The notes under the pieces are model-generated. The model saw only the letters and a list, made by a program, of their open reading frames with translations, was not told where the DNA came from and did not search any database. Shown in pieces: positions 1 to 8,622 of a stretch of 64,000 nucleotides of DNA (position 1 is its first letter; every line of letters starts with the position of its first letter). The stretch covers positions 18,635-82,634 of the forward strand of contig NZ_CAUUSI010000004.1 of the NCBI RefSeq assembly GCF_963547875.1, in the 5' to 3' direction. The translations under genes were made by a program, and so were the position numbers. Source of the DNA: Lancefieldella parvula (GTDB lineage: Bacteria; Actinomycetota; Coriobacteriia; Coriobacteriales; Atopobiaceae).

Positions 1-474
1 CGAGACAATCAGGCCAACTACCTGGATGTTTGCAATAGAGGTAATCAGAGGATAGGTCTCTTCAATAGACTTGCCAGAAGTGGTGACATCTTCAACCATA
101 ACTACTCTCTGGCCGTCTTTGAGCTCTGCTCCTAGAAGCATGCCGGCGTCGGCGCCGTGATCTTTTGCTTCTTTTCTGTTGGAGCAATACTGAACCTGCT
201 TACCGTAGAGCTCATTGATGCCCATTGCAGTGATAACAGAAAGGGGAATGCCCTTGTAAGCAGGACCAAAGACTACGTCAAAATCCAGGCCAAAGTTGTC
301 GTGAATGGCACGAGCGTAGTAAAGTCCCAGCTTATGGAGCTGCTCACCGGTGACATAGGCGCCTGCGTTCATGAAGAAAGGAGATTTGCGACCACTCTTA
401 AGCGTAAAATCGCCAAATTTAAGTACGTTGCTCTGGACCATAAACTCAATAAATTCGCGCTTGTAGTCTTCCAT
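1..474 (-). CDS. pyrE: Orotate phosphoribosyltransferase (N-terminal ~158 aa; C-terminus lies beyond the window edge)
   Basis: My reverse-strand translation from the ATG at 474 reads MEDYKREFIEFMVQSNVLKFGDFTLKSGRKSPFFMNAG...VVMVEDVTTSGKS. This includes the PRPP-binding VEDVxTxG motif. A GGAG RBS lies upstream. The ORF is missing from the track because it runs off the edge. Confidence 0.85.
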   Translation of the reverse strand, partial: MEDYKREFIEFMVQSNVLKFGDFTLKSGRKSPFFMNAGAYVTGEQLHKLGLYYARAIHDNFGLDFDVVFGPAYKGIPLSVITAMGINELYGKQVQYCSNRKEAKDHGADAGMLLGAELKDGQRVVMVEDVTTSGKSIEETYPLITSIANIQVVGLIVS

Positions 475-732
475 GGTTTCTCCTTTAGCAGGCCTTTTAA
501 CGCGGCGGCACTTTGTAGGCAAGTTCTACTGCACTAGTTTAGCCGAATTGCGGATAGGTGTTTTATGGCGCGCTTTGACTTCGCTGTGTGAGATTAGCGT
601 AAATACCGCCAGATATATAAAAGTGAACGTTTGCCATGTGGTTATGCGGTATTCTAAATAGATATTTGTTCGTCTCGCAGGATAGTCCTGCAGAGCGCAG
701 GAAAAGCCTGCAGAGTGAGTTACAAGGAGGGT

Positions 733-2142
733 ATGCCCGTGGAGCGCATCACGATTTCTGCATTGTACGCAGATGCAGAGCAACTTGGTGGCCAAAAAGT
801 TACCGTGGCCGGCTGGGTACGTTCAGTAAGGGATATGAAGAATTTTGGCTTCGTCACACTTAATGACGGTAGCTGCTTCAAAGACCTACAGGTTGTTATG
901 AATCGTGAGAACCTTGGCAATTACGAGGAGGTTGCTTCCTGTGGTGTTGGCGCTGCTCTGATTATTGAGGGCGTCCTTGAGCTTACTCCTGATCGCCCAC
1001 AGCCTATTGAGCTGCAGGCACAGACCATTGTGATTGAGGGACCATCCAGCCCTGATTATCCAATGCAGAAGAAGCGTCAGTCTCTTGAGTACCTTCGTAC
1101 GCAGCAGCACCTTCGTCCTCGTACCAACATGTTCCGTGCCGTCTTCCGTATCCGTTCTGTGGCTGCTTTTGCTATCCACCAGTTCTTCCAGGATCGTGGC
1201 TTTGTCTACGTGAACACCCCAATCATCACTGCATCTGATGCTGAGGGTGCAGGCGAGATGTTCCGCGTGACTACGCTTGATTTGAACAACGTTCCACGTA
1301 CCGAGAAGGGTGATGTTGACTACTCAAAGGATTTCTTTGGTCAGTCTTCTCACCTCACCGTTTCTGGCCAGCTTCAGGCAGAGAACTTTGCTATGGCCTT
1401 TGGTGACGTGTACACCTTTGGTCCAACGTTCCGCGCAGAGAACTCAAACACGCGTCGCCACGCTGCAGAGTTCTGGATGATTGAGCCAGAGATGGCTTTC
1501 TGTGATCTTGCACAGGACATGGATGTTGCAGAAGAGATGCTGCGCTACGTTATTGCATACGTACTTGAGCATTGCCCAGATGAGCTTGAGATGCTTAACA
1601 AGTTTGTGGATAAGGGCCTGCTTGAGCGCCTGAACCACGTTGCAACTTCTCAGTTCTCTCGCGTTTCTTACACCGAGGCAATTGAGATTCTGCAGGAGGC
1701 AGTAAAGGCTGGTCAGAAGTTTGAGTATCCCGTTGAGTGGGGCATTGACCTTCAGACTGAGCACGAGCGCTACCTCACCGAGCAGCACTTTGGAAAGCCA
1801 ATCTTTGTTACTGATTACCCAGCAGAAATCAAGGCTTTCTACATGCGCCTTAACGATGATGGCAAGACTGTTGCCGCAGCTGACTGCCTTGTTCCAGGTA
1901 TTGGTGAGATTATTGGTGGCTCACAGCGAGAAGATCGTCTTGAGCTTTTGGAGAAGCGCATTGTTGAGCTTGGCATGAACCCCGACGACTATAAGTATTA
2001 CTTGGATCTTCGTCGTTACGGTTCTTGCACACACTCTGGTTTTGGCCTTGGCTTTGAGCGCCTTGTTATGTACCTCACCGGTGTGGATAACATTCGTGAC
2101 GTTATTCCTCATCCTCGTACGGTAGGTAACGCTGACTTCTAA
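733..2142 (+). CDS. asnS: Asparagine--tRNA ligase
   Basis: The track ORF is 715-2142. Class II aaRS motifs are present ([33 protein letters not shown]) along with an N-terminal OB fold. I chose the ATG at 733, which sits behind an AAGGAGG RBS. Confidence 0.95.
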   Translation: MPVERITISALYADAEQLGGQKVTVAGWVRSVRDMKNFGFVTLNDGSCFKDLQVVMNRENLGNYEEVASCGVGAALIIEGVLELTPDRPQPIELQAQTIVIEGPSSPDYPMQKKRQSLEYLRTQQHLRPRTNMFRAVFRIRSVAAFAIHQFFQDRGFVYVNTPIITASDAEGAGEMFRVTTLDLNNVPRTEKGDVDYSKDFFGQSSHLTVSGQLQAENFAMAFGDVYTFGPTFRAENSNTRRHAAEFWMIEPEMAFCDLAQDMDVAEEMLRYVIAYVLEHCPDELEMLNKFVDKGLLERLNHVATSQFSRVSYTEAIEILQEAVKAGQKFEYPVEWGIDLQTEHERYLTEQHFGKPIFVTDYPAEIKAFYMRLNDDGKTVAAADCLVPGIGEIIGGSQREDRLELLEKRIVELGMNPDDYKYYLDLRRYGSCTHSGFGLGFERLVMYLTGVDNIRDVIPHPRTVGNADF

Positions 2143-2416
2143 GATTGCAGGTCACAGGTAGCGTAGGGGAATGCGATTGGTGTGCTAGTCCAACCGCCAC
2201 AGTTGCAAAGTCTTTCTAGTTGTATTTTTGCGTGCAGGTTATGCATAGCCGTTATGCAAAAACTGCATAGCAGAGATGCGAGATAAAAAGTTTTTCTCGC
2301 CATATACCGATATATTTGCCCGTTGGCAGTAAAAATGGGACGTTCGTGCAAAATTGCGCGAGCGTCCTATTACGCTATAAGGAGCAGTTTTCTGCAGATG
2401 ACCAGCGGAGGTAAAC

Positions 2417-3757
2417 ATGGTAAAGACTTTGGTTCTTGTACGACATGGTGTATCTGAACGTGGCTCTGAAGACATGAGTCGAGAGCTCACACGTGCTGGT
2501 CAGAGGGCTTTATCTGCCAATTATCCTCATATCTTTGGGCTGTTGGGACCAGAGGGTGAAGAGGCTGAGATTTGGACAAGTCCTGCTCTTCGCGCGCTTG
2601 AAACTGCAGAGATTGTGGCAGAGGCGCTGGATTCTGAGGGCCTCGAGATTCATGACTCCCTTTACGATCAAGATCTTCCTGCACTTCAGGCAGAGCTTGA
2701 GCACGCTGATGCAGAAACGCTGATTCTTGTTGGTCATGCTCCATTTTTGGGCTATGTTGCAGAGACTTTGCTGGGATTTGAACTTCCGCTGACAAAGGGC
2801 GCTGTGTGCGCAATTGACGTACGCGGTTCACTTGGTCATCAGCATGAGTGCGTCTGGAAGCAGCTTGGAGATGTTCGCGAGCCTCACGGTAAGCTTCTTT
2901 GGCTGGTCAGTGGCCCTTCAACTCAGCCTTGGGAGACGCTTGACGCTCTTGATGAGGCATGTGCTCATGCAGCAACCAACTTGGAGGACGCATATGCAGA
3001 GTTCCGCGCTCATCCAGAAGATCCTGCGGTAATCGCAGCATTTAGGTTTGCTCTTAGGGGAACTCAGCTGCTTACTAAGTTCTTCTCGCCACTTCTTAAC
3101 GAGGAGGCAGTAGAGATTGCTGAGCCTGTTTATAGGCTGATGCTTGGTGCAACTACGCGCCTTCGTGAGATTGACGGCTTCTCTGATACCGTTGCAGATT
3201 TGATGGAGTCCGGAGAGCTTTCTCAAGGCTCCAAGCTGGTCAGCGCTGTCGAGGCAGCTCGCGAGAATGAGCGCGATCGTGTCTGTGAGGCTCTGCGCAA
3301 GAAGGCGGTTCGCCGTAGCCTGCGCTGCGCTCTGGATGAGCTCTTTGAGCCCGCTTGGTCAGATGCAGTGCTGCAGGATGGCATCTCGTTTGAGGATGTC
3401 AGCAGCCGCTTTGATTACATGCTTGAGACTATTGATGCGCGCCTGTTTGGCCTGGATATGACCAGCTTCTCTGAGGTACACCATGCAAGGCGAGAAGTTC
3501 GTGAAGTTGAGCACATTCTTTTCCACCTCAGTGACATGTTGGGCGAGAAACGCGCAAATTACACCCAGATTATGCAGGATATTGACTCTGAGCTTAGTAC
3601 TGTTTGCACAGCTCAGCGCAATATTTCTCTGGTCAAAGAGTGGAAAGACTCCATGGACTTCAGAGATGTTACCTCAGACCTCGCAATTGTTTCAGAACAT
3701 GAAAAAGTTTTGATTGAGCGTGTTATTGAGGGTAGAGAGACTAGTATCCTTAGATAA
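2417..3757 (+). CDS. SixA-like histidine phosphatase fused to a CHAD-like all-helical C-terminal domain
   Basis: The N-terminus has LVLVRHGVSE (RHG catalytic motif) and LILVGHAPFL. The C-terminal ~250 aa carries CHAD-like patterns: FRFALRGTQLLTKFFSPLL, LREIDGF and VHHARREVREVEHILF. A GGAGG RBS precedes the start. Confidence 0.55.
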   Translation: MVKTLVLVRHGVSERGSEDMSRELTRAGQRALSANYPHIFGLLGPEGEEAEIWTSPALRALETAEIVAEALDSEGLEIHDSLYDQDLPALQAELEHADAETLILVGHAPFLGYVAETLLGFELPLTKGAVCAIDVRGSLGHQHECVWKQLGDVREPHGKLLWLVSGPSTQPWETLDALDEACAHAATNLEDAYAEFRAHPEDPAVIAAFRFALRGTQLLTKFFSPLLNEEAVEIAEPVYRLMLGATTRLREIDGFSDTVADLMESGELSQGSKLVSAVEAARENERDRVCEALRKKAVRRSLRCALDELFEPAWSDAVLQDGISFEDVSSRFDYMLETIDARLFGLDMTSFSEVHHARREVREVEHILFHLSDMLGEKRANYTQIMQDIDSELSTVCTAQRNISLVKEWKDSMDFRDVTSDLAIVSEHEKVLIERVIEGRETSILR

Positions 3758-3826
3758 TCACATAGTCCACGTTTGGAGCGCATTGACGTTTGCGCGGCGT
3801 GGATGATGATTATGAGGGAGGATGCT

Positions 3827-5107
3827 ATGTCTGAGAGCATCGAGACTCGCTGCGTACAGGGCGGTTATCAGCCTGGTTGCGGTGAGCCTAGGCAAGTGCC
3901 TATCATTCAATCAACCACGTTCAAATATGACGAGTCGATGCAGCTTGGAGAGTTGTTCGACCTCAAGGCTGCGGGTTATTTCTATTCTCGTCTTCAAAAT
4001 CCAACGCTTGATAACGTAGCTTCAAAGATTTGTGCGCTTGAGGGCGGTACGGCTGCAATGCTGACGTCTTCTGGTCAAGCCGCAAACTTTTTTGCCGTCT
4101 TTAATATTGCTGAGGCTGGAGATCATTTTATCTCCCTGTCTACCATTTATGGCGGCACCTTTAACCTGTTTGCTATCACTCTTAAGAAGATGGGTATTGA
4201 GTGTACGTTTATCTCACCAGATGCAACTGACGAGGAGATTAACGCAGCATTCAGACCAAATACAAAGTGCGTCTTTGGTGAGACTGTTGCAAATCCTGCA
4301 CTGGTTGTTCTTGATATTGAACGTTGGGCAAAGGCTGCTCATGACCACGATGTGCCACTGATTGTTGACAATACGTTTGCCACGCCTGTGAACTGCCGTC
4401 CTCTTGAGTGGGGAGCAGATATTGTGACCCATTCCACTACCAAGTACATGGACGGTCATGGCTCTGCTGTTGGCGGCGCTATCGTTGACGGTGGCAATTT
4501 TGACTGGGCTGCTCATGCAGATAAGTTCCCAGGTCTAACCCAGCCTGATCCTTCGTATCACAACCTTGTCTATGCAGATACCTTTGGTAATGGTGGCGCC
4601 TTTATTACTAAGGCAACCGTTCAGCTTATGCGTGACTTTGGTTCTATTCAGTCGCCACAGAATGCTTTCTATCTTAACCTTGGCCTTGAGTCCCTGCATG
4701 TTCGTATGGCTCAGCATTGCAAGAATGGCCAGGCAGTTGCCGAGGCGCTTGTTAACAACCCTAAGGTTGCACACGTAAGCTATCCTGGCCTTCCAGGCGA
4801 TAAGTACTACGAGCTGGCTCAGAAGTATCTGCCAAACGGTTCCTGCGGTGTCATCACCGTTGACGTTGCTGGTGGCCGCGAGGCTGCCGAGAAGTTCCTG
4901 GGCAACCTCAAGGTCTTCTCTATTGCAACGCACGTTGCAGACGCTCGTTCTTGCTGTTTGCACCCAGCCTCCTCAACGCATCGTCAGCTTACTGATGAGG
5001 AGCTTGTGGCAGCAGGCATTACCCCAGGTACCGTACGCCTGAGCTGCGGTATTGAGGGTACTGAGGACCTTATCAACGACGTCGAGCAGGCACTTGCTGC
5101 GCTGTAG
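3827..5107 (+). CDS. metY: O-acetylhomoserine sulfhydrylase, a PLP-dependent Cys/Met-metabolism enzyme
   Basis: The protein has GGTAAMLTSSGQAA, HSTTKYMDGHG (PLP lysine) and RLSCGIE. The start was moved to the ATG at 3827, which follows GAGGGAGG. Confidence 0.85.
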   Translation: MSESIETRCVQGGYQPGCGEPRQVPIIQSTTFKYDESMQLGELFDLKAAGYFYSRLQNPTLDNVASKICALEGGTAAMLTSSGQAANFFAVFNIAEAGDHFISLSTIYGGTFNLFAITLKKMGIECTFISPDATDEEINAAFRPNTKCVFGETVANPALVVLDIERWAKAAHDHDVPLIVDNTFATPVNCRPLEWGADIVTHSTTKYMDGHGSAVGGAIVDGGNFDWAAHADKFPGLTQPDPSYHNLVYADTFGNGGAFITKATVQLMRDFGSIQSPQNAFYLNLGLESLHVRMAQHCKNGQAVAEALVNNPKVAHVSYPGLPGDKYYELAQKYLPNGSCGVITVDVAGGREAAEKFLGNLKVFSIATHVADARSCCLHPASSTHRQLTDEELVAAGITPGTVRLSCGIEGTEDLINDVEQALAAL

Positions 5108-5136
5108 GTAGACGTTCTATAACCGCTTATGTTTAT

Positions 5137-5180
5137 GGCGAGAAGATCTTGGAATCAGAAGATCTTCTCGCCATGTTTTT
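5137..5180. terminator. Hairpin with a perfect 14-bp stem between the convergent metY and MATE genes
   Basis: The sequence GGCGAGAAGATCTT-ggaatcag-AAGATCTTCTCGCC is followed by ATGTTTTT. Confidence 0.6.
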
Positions 5181-5220
5181 GTGAGGAGTAAGTTGTTGCG
5201 CGGAGCTGTGAGAGAGCAGG

Positions 5221-6717
5221 CTATTGAGCTCGGGAGATGGATTCTGGGTCCAGGTGATCTTCTGGGCTGGAGAGCTCGGGAGCTGAAAGCTCTGCCTCGG
5301 CGAGCTCTGCATCGGTGAGTTCGGAGTCCTCTTCCTGAGTGCCATCGGATACAGCATCAGCGCCATCAACACCGTCTGAATTCACACCTTTGAAATGCTT
5401 GCGATAGATGTGGATGAGGCAGCCAACAGAGAGCAGTGCTGAGAGTATATTGGACACAACTGACACGTACCAAAGTGCGTCCAGACCAAATGGCTTCAGT
5501 ATCAGCAGTGAGCTGATAGGGAAGATAAGTGCCATAAAGATGCTCAAGAGATTGGAAATCTTTGTCTGCTTCAGAGCAATGGCAAGACTCTCGGTGCACA
5601 TGGTAATCCAGCTAAAAATGAAGATAAAAGCATGAATGCGCATAGCTGGGATGGCCATGTTGAGCAGCTCTTGCGTTCCTTCAGGCAGGTAGAGTTTGAC
5701 CAAGAACTCCGAGAAGAAGAACGAGACGCAGAAGGCAAAGATGCCAATAATAATGCCTGTGGAGAAAATGTACTTCTCGATAGCAAGCACTCGATCTTTT
5801 TTCTTTGCGCCCCAGTTGTAACCAATGGCTGGCTGCATAGCATCAGCTTGTCCATAAATGAGCGGCTGAATGAGTCCGCCAGAATAGAGAAGCACGCCAT
5901 AAGAAGCAATGGCAATATCTCCGCCGAGGCTTAGCAGGGCAGCGTTCATAAGCAGGGAATAAATCCTGCTTGAGATGTTCTGCATAAAGATAGGGAAGCC
6001 GTTTACAAAGATTTCTTTGATTTGTGTCCAATTAAAGTGTGGCTTTACAAACTTAAGGATTTGCTTGTTGCCAATAAACGGCCAGATGCCATAAAGGGAC
6101 GAGAAGGTAATTGAGATGCAGTAACCCAGTGCTGCGTACTCAACGGATAATCCCAAAACACCTAAGAAGTAGTACTCAAGCACGGTTCCCAGAATTGCGG
6201 AAATAAAGGCAATGCTGGTAGAGCGCCTAATTTTGCCACAGATCTTAAGGAAGTTATCAACGGCGTATGAGATGCACATTACCGGCAAGAAAAGGGTCCA
6301 TACACGCAGGTAAATGGTTCCTTGTTCGGCAATCTTTCCTTGAGCACCCATAAGTGCTAGAACGTTTGGCGCAAAAAAGTAGAAGAAAATGCCGCTGATA
6401 ACACCAGTGGTAACGAGCATGATAAAAGCAATGGTAAAGATGTTATTGGCTGTCTGGTGATTTTTCTTGCCGTGCTCAACGGCAATGACCGCAGAGGCTC
6501 CAACGCCAATAAGGTCGGCAACAGCAAAGCAGAGAATAACCAGTGGAATGGCAATGGTAACCGCGCCAAAGGAATCCTGACCCAGATAGCGTCCAACAAG
6601 GATTCCATCTGCAGTGTCGTAAAGCATCGACGCAAGCATAGCAATAGCACCCGGAAGGGCTGCTCGTAAAAATAATTTAAATGGTGGTGTTTCCGCAAAA
6701 AGCTTATTCGATTCCAT
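5221..6717 (-). CDS. MATE family efflux transporter with an acidic C-terminal tail
   Basis: The N-terminus FKLFLRAALPGAIAMLASMLYDTADGILVGRYLG is typical of MATE proteins. About 12 hydrophobic segments are visible. A GAGGAG RBS is present. Confidence 0.85.
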   Translation of the reverse strand: MESNKLFAETPPFKLFLRAALPGAIAMLASMLYDTADGILVGRYLGQDSFGAVTIAIPLVILCFAVADLIGVGASAVIAVEHGKKNHQTANNIFTIAFIMLVTTGVISGIFFYFFAPNVLALMGAQGKIAEQGTIYLRVWTLFLPVMCISYAVDNFLKICGKIRRSTSIAFISAILGTVLEYYFLGVLGLSVEYAALGYCISITFSSLYGIWPFIGNKQILKFVKPHFNWTQIKEIFVNGFPIFMQNISSRIYSLLMNAALLSLGGDIAIASYGVLLYSGGLIQPLIYGQADAMQPAIGYNWGAKKKDRVLAIEKYIFSTGIIIGIFAFCVSFFFSEFLVKLYLPEGTQELLNMAIPAMRIHAFIFIFSWITMCTESLAIALKQTKISNLLSIFMALIFPISSLLILKPFGLDALWYVSVVSNILSALLSVGCLIHIYRKHFKGVNSDGVDGADAVSDGTQEEDSELTDAELAEAELSAPELSSPEDHLDPESISRAQ

Positions 6718-6916
6718 ACTTCTCCTCGATTAGTGGTGGAACATGTCAGACAAACTCGTGGTGTGGACATGTGACACGCTCACGAGAAGATTAAAAAAGC
6801 ATCGAACAAGCCTCCTTACATACCTGCAGGTACACGGACAGTTGCACATACTAACACAGCAAAGTAGCTAATGCTATGATTTATTTGAACATTTTGGACA
6901 AGTGTGAGGATTTTTT

Positions 6917-8074
6917 GTGTCAGTGGAACAGAAAAAAGATATCGGTGCTGAGATCGCCAAGCTGGCTAAAAATTCAAAGGTAGAAGAGCTCTCTAAAAAG
7001 GTCACTGAGGCATCCTCTGAGCTGGCAGAAAACGTTTCTGAAGTAGCACAACGTGCCGAGAAAATCCTTGTAGTTGGTGAAGATGAGCCATTGGAGCGTC
7101 CTGCGTCTGACCGAGTCAAAGCTACTATTCCTAGAACCCCTGCTCAACATATTTTACGTATCGTTTCAATTGTATTGATTATCTTGGGCGCGGCAGATGT
7201 TTTAACTACAACTGGATCTCTTGTTTCAACTTTTATGGGCTTACAGCCTGCAGTTCCTTTGGAGAGGCTTGAGTTTAGTGGCGTGTATTTTACGTTTAGC
7301 AATAACGTACTTCTGGGTTATGTATTTGTACTTCTTATTGGTATGTTGCAAGTTATTACCTCAATATTTGGATTACGTGCCGCCAAAGACTCATCAAAAG
7401 TTGAACCATACAGATTTCTTTGCTATCTGATTGGCTTGATTATTCTGGTAGGAATTTTATGGGCCTGGGGTAGAGGAGAGTTGATTATTCTTGATCCCTT
7501 TGTTCAACTTAATACTATAGTTTACGTGGTAATTTGTTCAAATCTTGCGGATAAAGTAAAGAAGGAGCATGACCAGGGTATCGTGGGAACTACATATTGG
7601 CGCTCTCGTCATCAGCGAGTTCTTCATTTCTTTTCGCTGGTCTCTATTGCATTGAGCGGAATTGCACTTTTTCTAGTTCTGATTCTGCTTGGACTGCATG
7701 ATTTTTCTAGAGTTGTAAATCAACCAGTTTTAGATACGGTTAATCAATTCCTTGAACAACAGGGAATCCTTACCATTTTCTTAGTAACAGTTGGTGCAGT
7801 ATTTTCTCTTATTGCAGGTCTTTTAGCTCTAAAGGGTTCAAATGATGCCCGATTTATTAGACCGTATATTCTTGCTGTTACCGTTATCGTTCTGTTTGAC
7901 ATAGTAAGAATTGTCTTTACAGCATTAACACAGGGCATCCCTGCCGTAAACAGCCAAGATATCTTTGAGTTGGTTTATAACGCCACGGGATGGTACTTGG
8001 CTATTCGTATTGAAGCAGGACTTCCTAATAGCTATGGTCTACGCTTGTGGAAGAAGATTTGTTCCAATGCGTAG
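6917..8074 (+). CDS. Hypothetical polytopic membrane protein with a charged N-terminal ~70 aa
   Basis: This is a long ORF in an AT-richer stretch with multiple hydrophobic helices. It starts with GTG. I recognised no family. Confidence 0.55.
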   Translation: MSVEQKKDIGAEIAKLAKNSKVEELSKKVTEASSELAENVSEVAQRAEKILVVGEDEPLERPASDRVKATIPRTPAQHILRIVSIVLIILGAADVLTTTGSLVSTFMGLQPAVPLERLEFSGVYFTFSNNVLLGYVFVLLIGMLQVITSIFGLRAAKDSSKVEPYRFLCYLIGLIILVGILWAWGRGELIILDPFVQLNTIVYVVICSNLADKVKKEHDQGIVGTTYWRSRHQRVLHFFSLVSIALSGIALFLVLILLGLHDFSRVVNQPVLDTVNQFLEQQGILTIFLVTVGAVFSLIAGLLALKGSNDARFIRPYILAVTVIVLFDIVRIVFTALTQGIPAVNSQDIFELVYNATGWYLAIRIEAGLPNSYGLRLWKKICSNA

Positions 8075-8113
8075 CATGTAAAAAGCAATTGCTTGCAAAA
8101 AGCCTCTGTATCT

Positions 8114-8157
8114 GAACTGCCTCCCATTTCTTAGACACAAAAAATAGGAGGCAGTTC
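8114..8157 (+). terminator. Hairpin downstream of the 6917-8074 gene, with an 11-bp stem and a 22-nt loop
   Basis: GAACTGCCTCC...GGAGGCAGTTC. The large loop makes it a weak terminator. It also forms part of the MITE-like unit. Confidence 0.4.
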
Positions 8158-8159
8158 AA

Positions 8160-8290
8160 AACACACCTAAGTCGGATAATCTGTTAAAAAGACGTATACA
8201 TGACGCAGAAAATACCTCAATCATGCAGATTATCGTCATTAGATGTGTAAAATGCCCTCATCTGAGCAGATTATCCGACTTAGGTGTGTT
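8160..8290. repeat. Perfect 24-bp inverted repeat enclosing an 83-nt loop
   Basis: AACACACCTAAGTCGGATAATCTG (8160-8183) is the exact reverse complement of 8267-8290. Confidence 0.85.
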
Positions 8291-8530
8291 CCGTAGATAC
8301 AGAATTTATCGATAGTTAAATTTCTTATATAAGTCTATTCATTTTCCAGCATATTAGATTAAGTTTATGCATAGAGATGCATATCGGGTAGTGCGGCCGC
8401 CTAGCTGCCTGGCTATCTTGATTGGGAACATGTCGATTCTTCAGCGAGACCTACCAAAGCTGCGCTATTTTGTGCGCCAGGCCTAAAAGCCGACGCTAAC
8501 ACGCTGCAGAATCAAATCCCCCGCATATGA

Positions 8531-8570
8531 ACTGCCTCCCATTTCTTATGTCCAAGAAATGGGAGGCAGT
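8531..8570 (-). terminator. Perfect 17-bp hairpin downstream of the dipeptidase gene
   Basis: ACTGCCTCCCATTTCTT-atgtcc-AAGAAATGGGAGGCAGT lies immediately after the stop of the minus-strand gene ending at 8623. Confidence 0.6.
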
Positions 8571-8622
8571 CAAATCAAATGGAATACAGAGGCTTTATTC
8601 TTACATTTCTGTGCTTGTAGTT

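Larger units (their letters stand above)
8099..8596. repeat. Non-coding unit of ~500 bp bounded by composite imperfect inverted termini (MITE-like)
   Basis: The left end is AAAGCCTCTGTA-tct-GAACTGCCTCCCATTTCTT. The right end is AAGAAATGGGAGGCAGT-(14 nt)-TACAGAGGCTTT. No ORF of 60 aa or more is credible inside it. Confidence 0.6.

Noticed and set aside
157-537. 126-aa plus-strand ORF at the window start
   Set aside because: It lies entirely antisense to a clear pyrE reading frame (minus strand, 1-474) and has no RBS or recognisable motifs. It is a shadow ORF.
2143-2416. Possible SAM or other riboswitch upstream of the phosphatase-metY pair
   Set aside because: I recognised no SAM-I/SAM-IV-like conserved cores. 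I saw only a short GCGAGA…TCTCGC hairpin and ATGCATAG-type short repeats.
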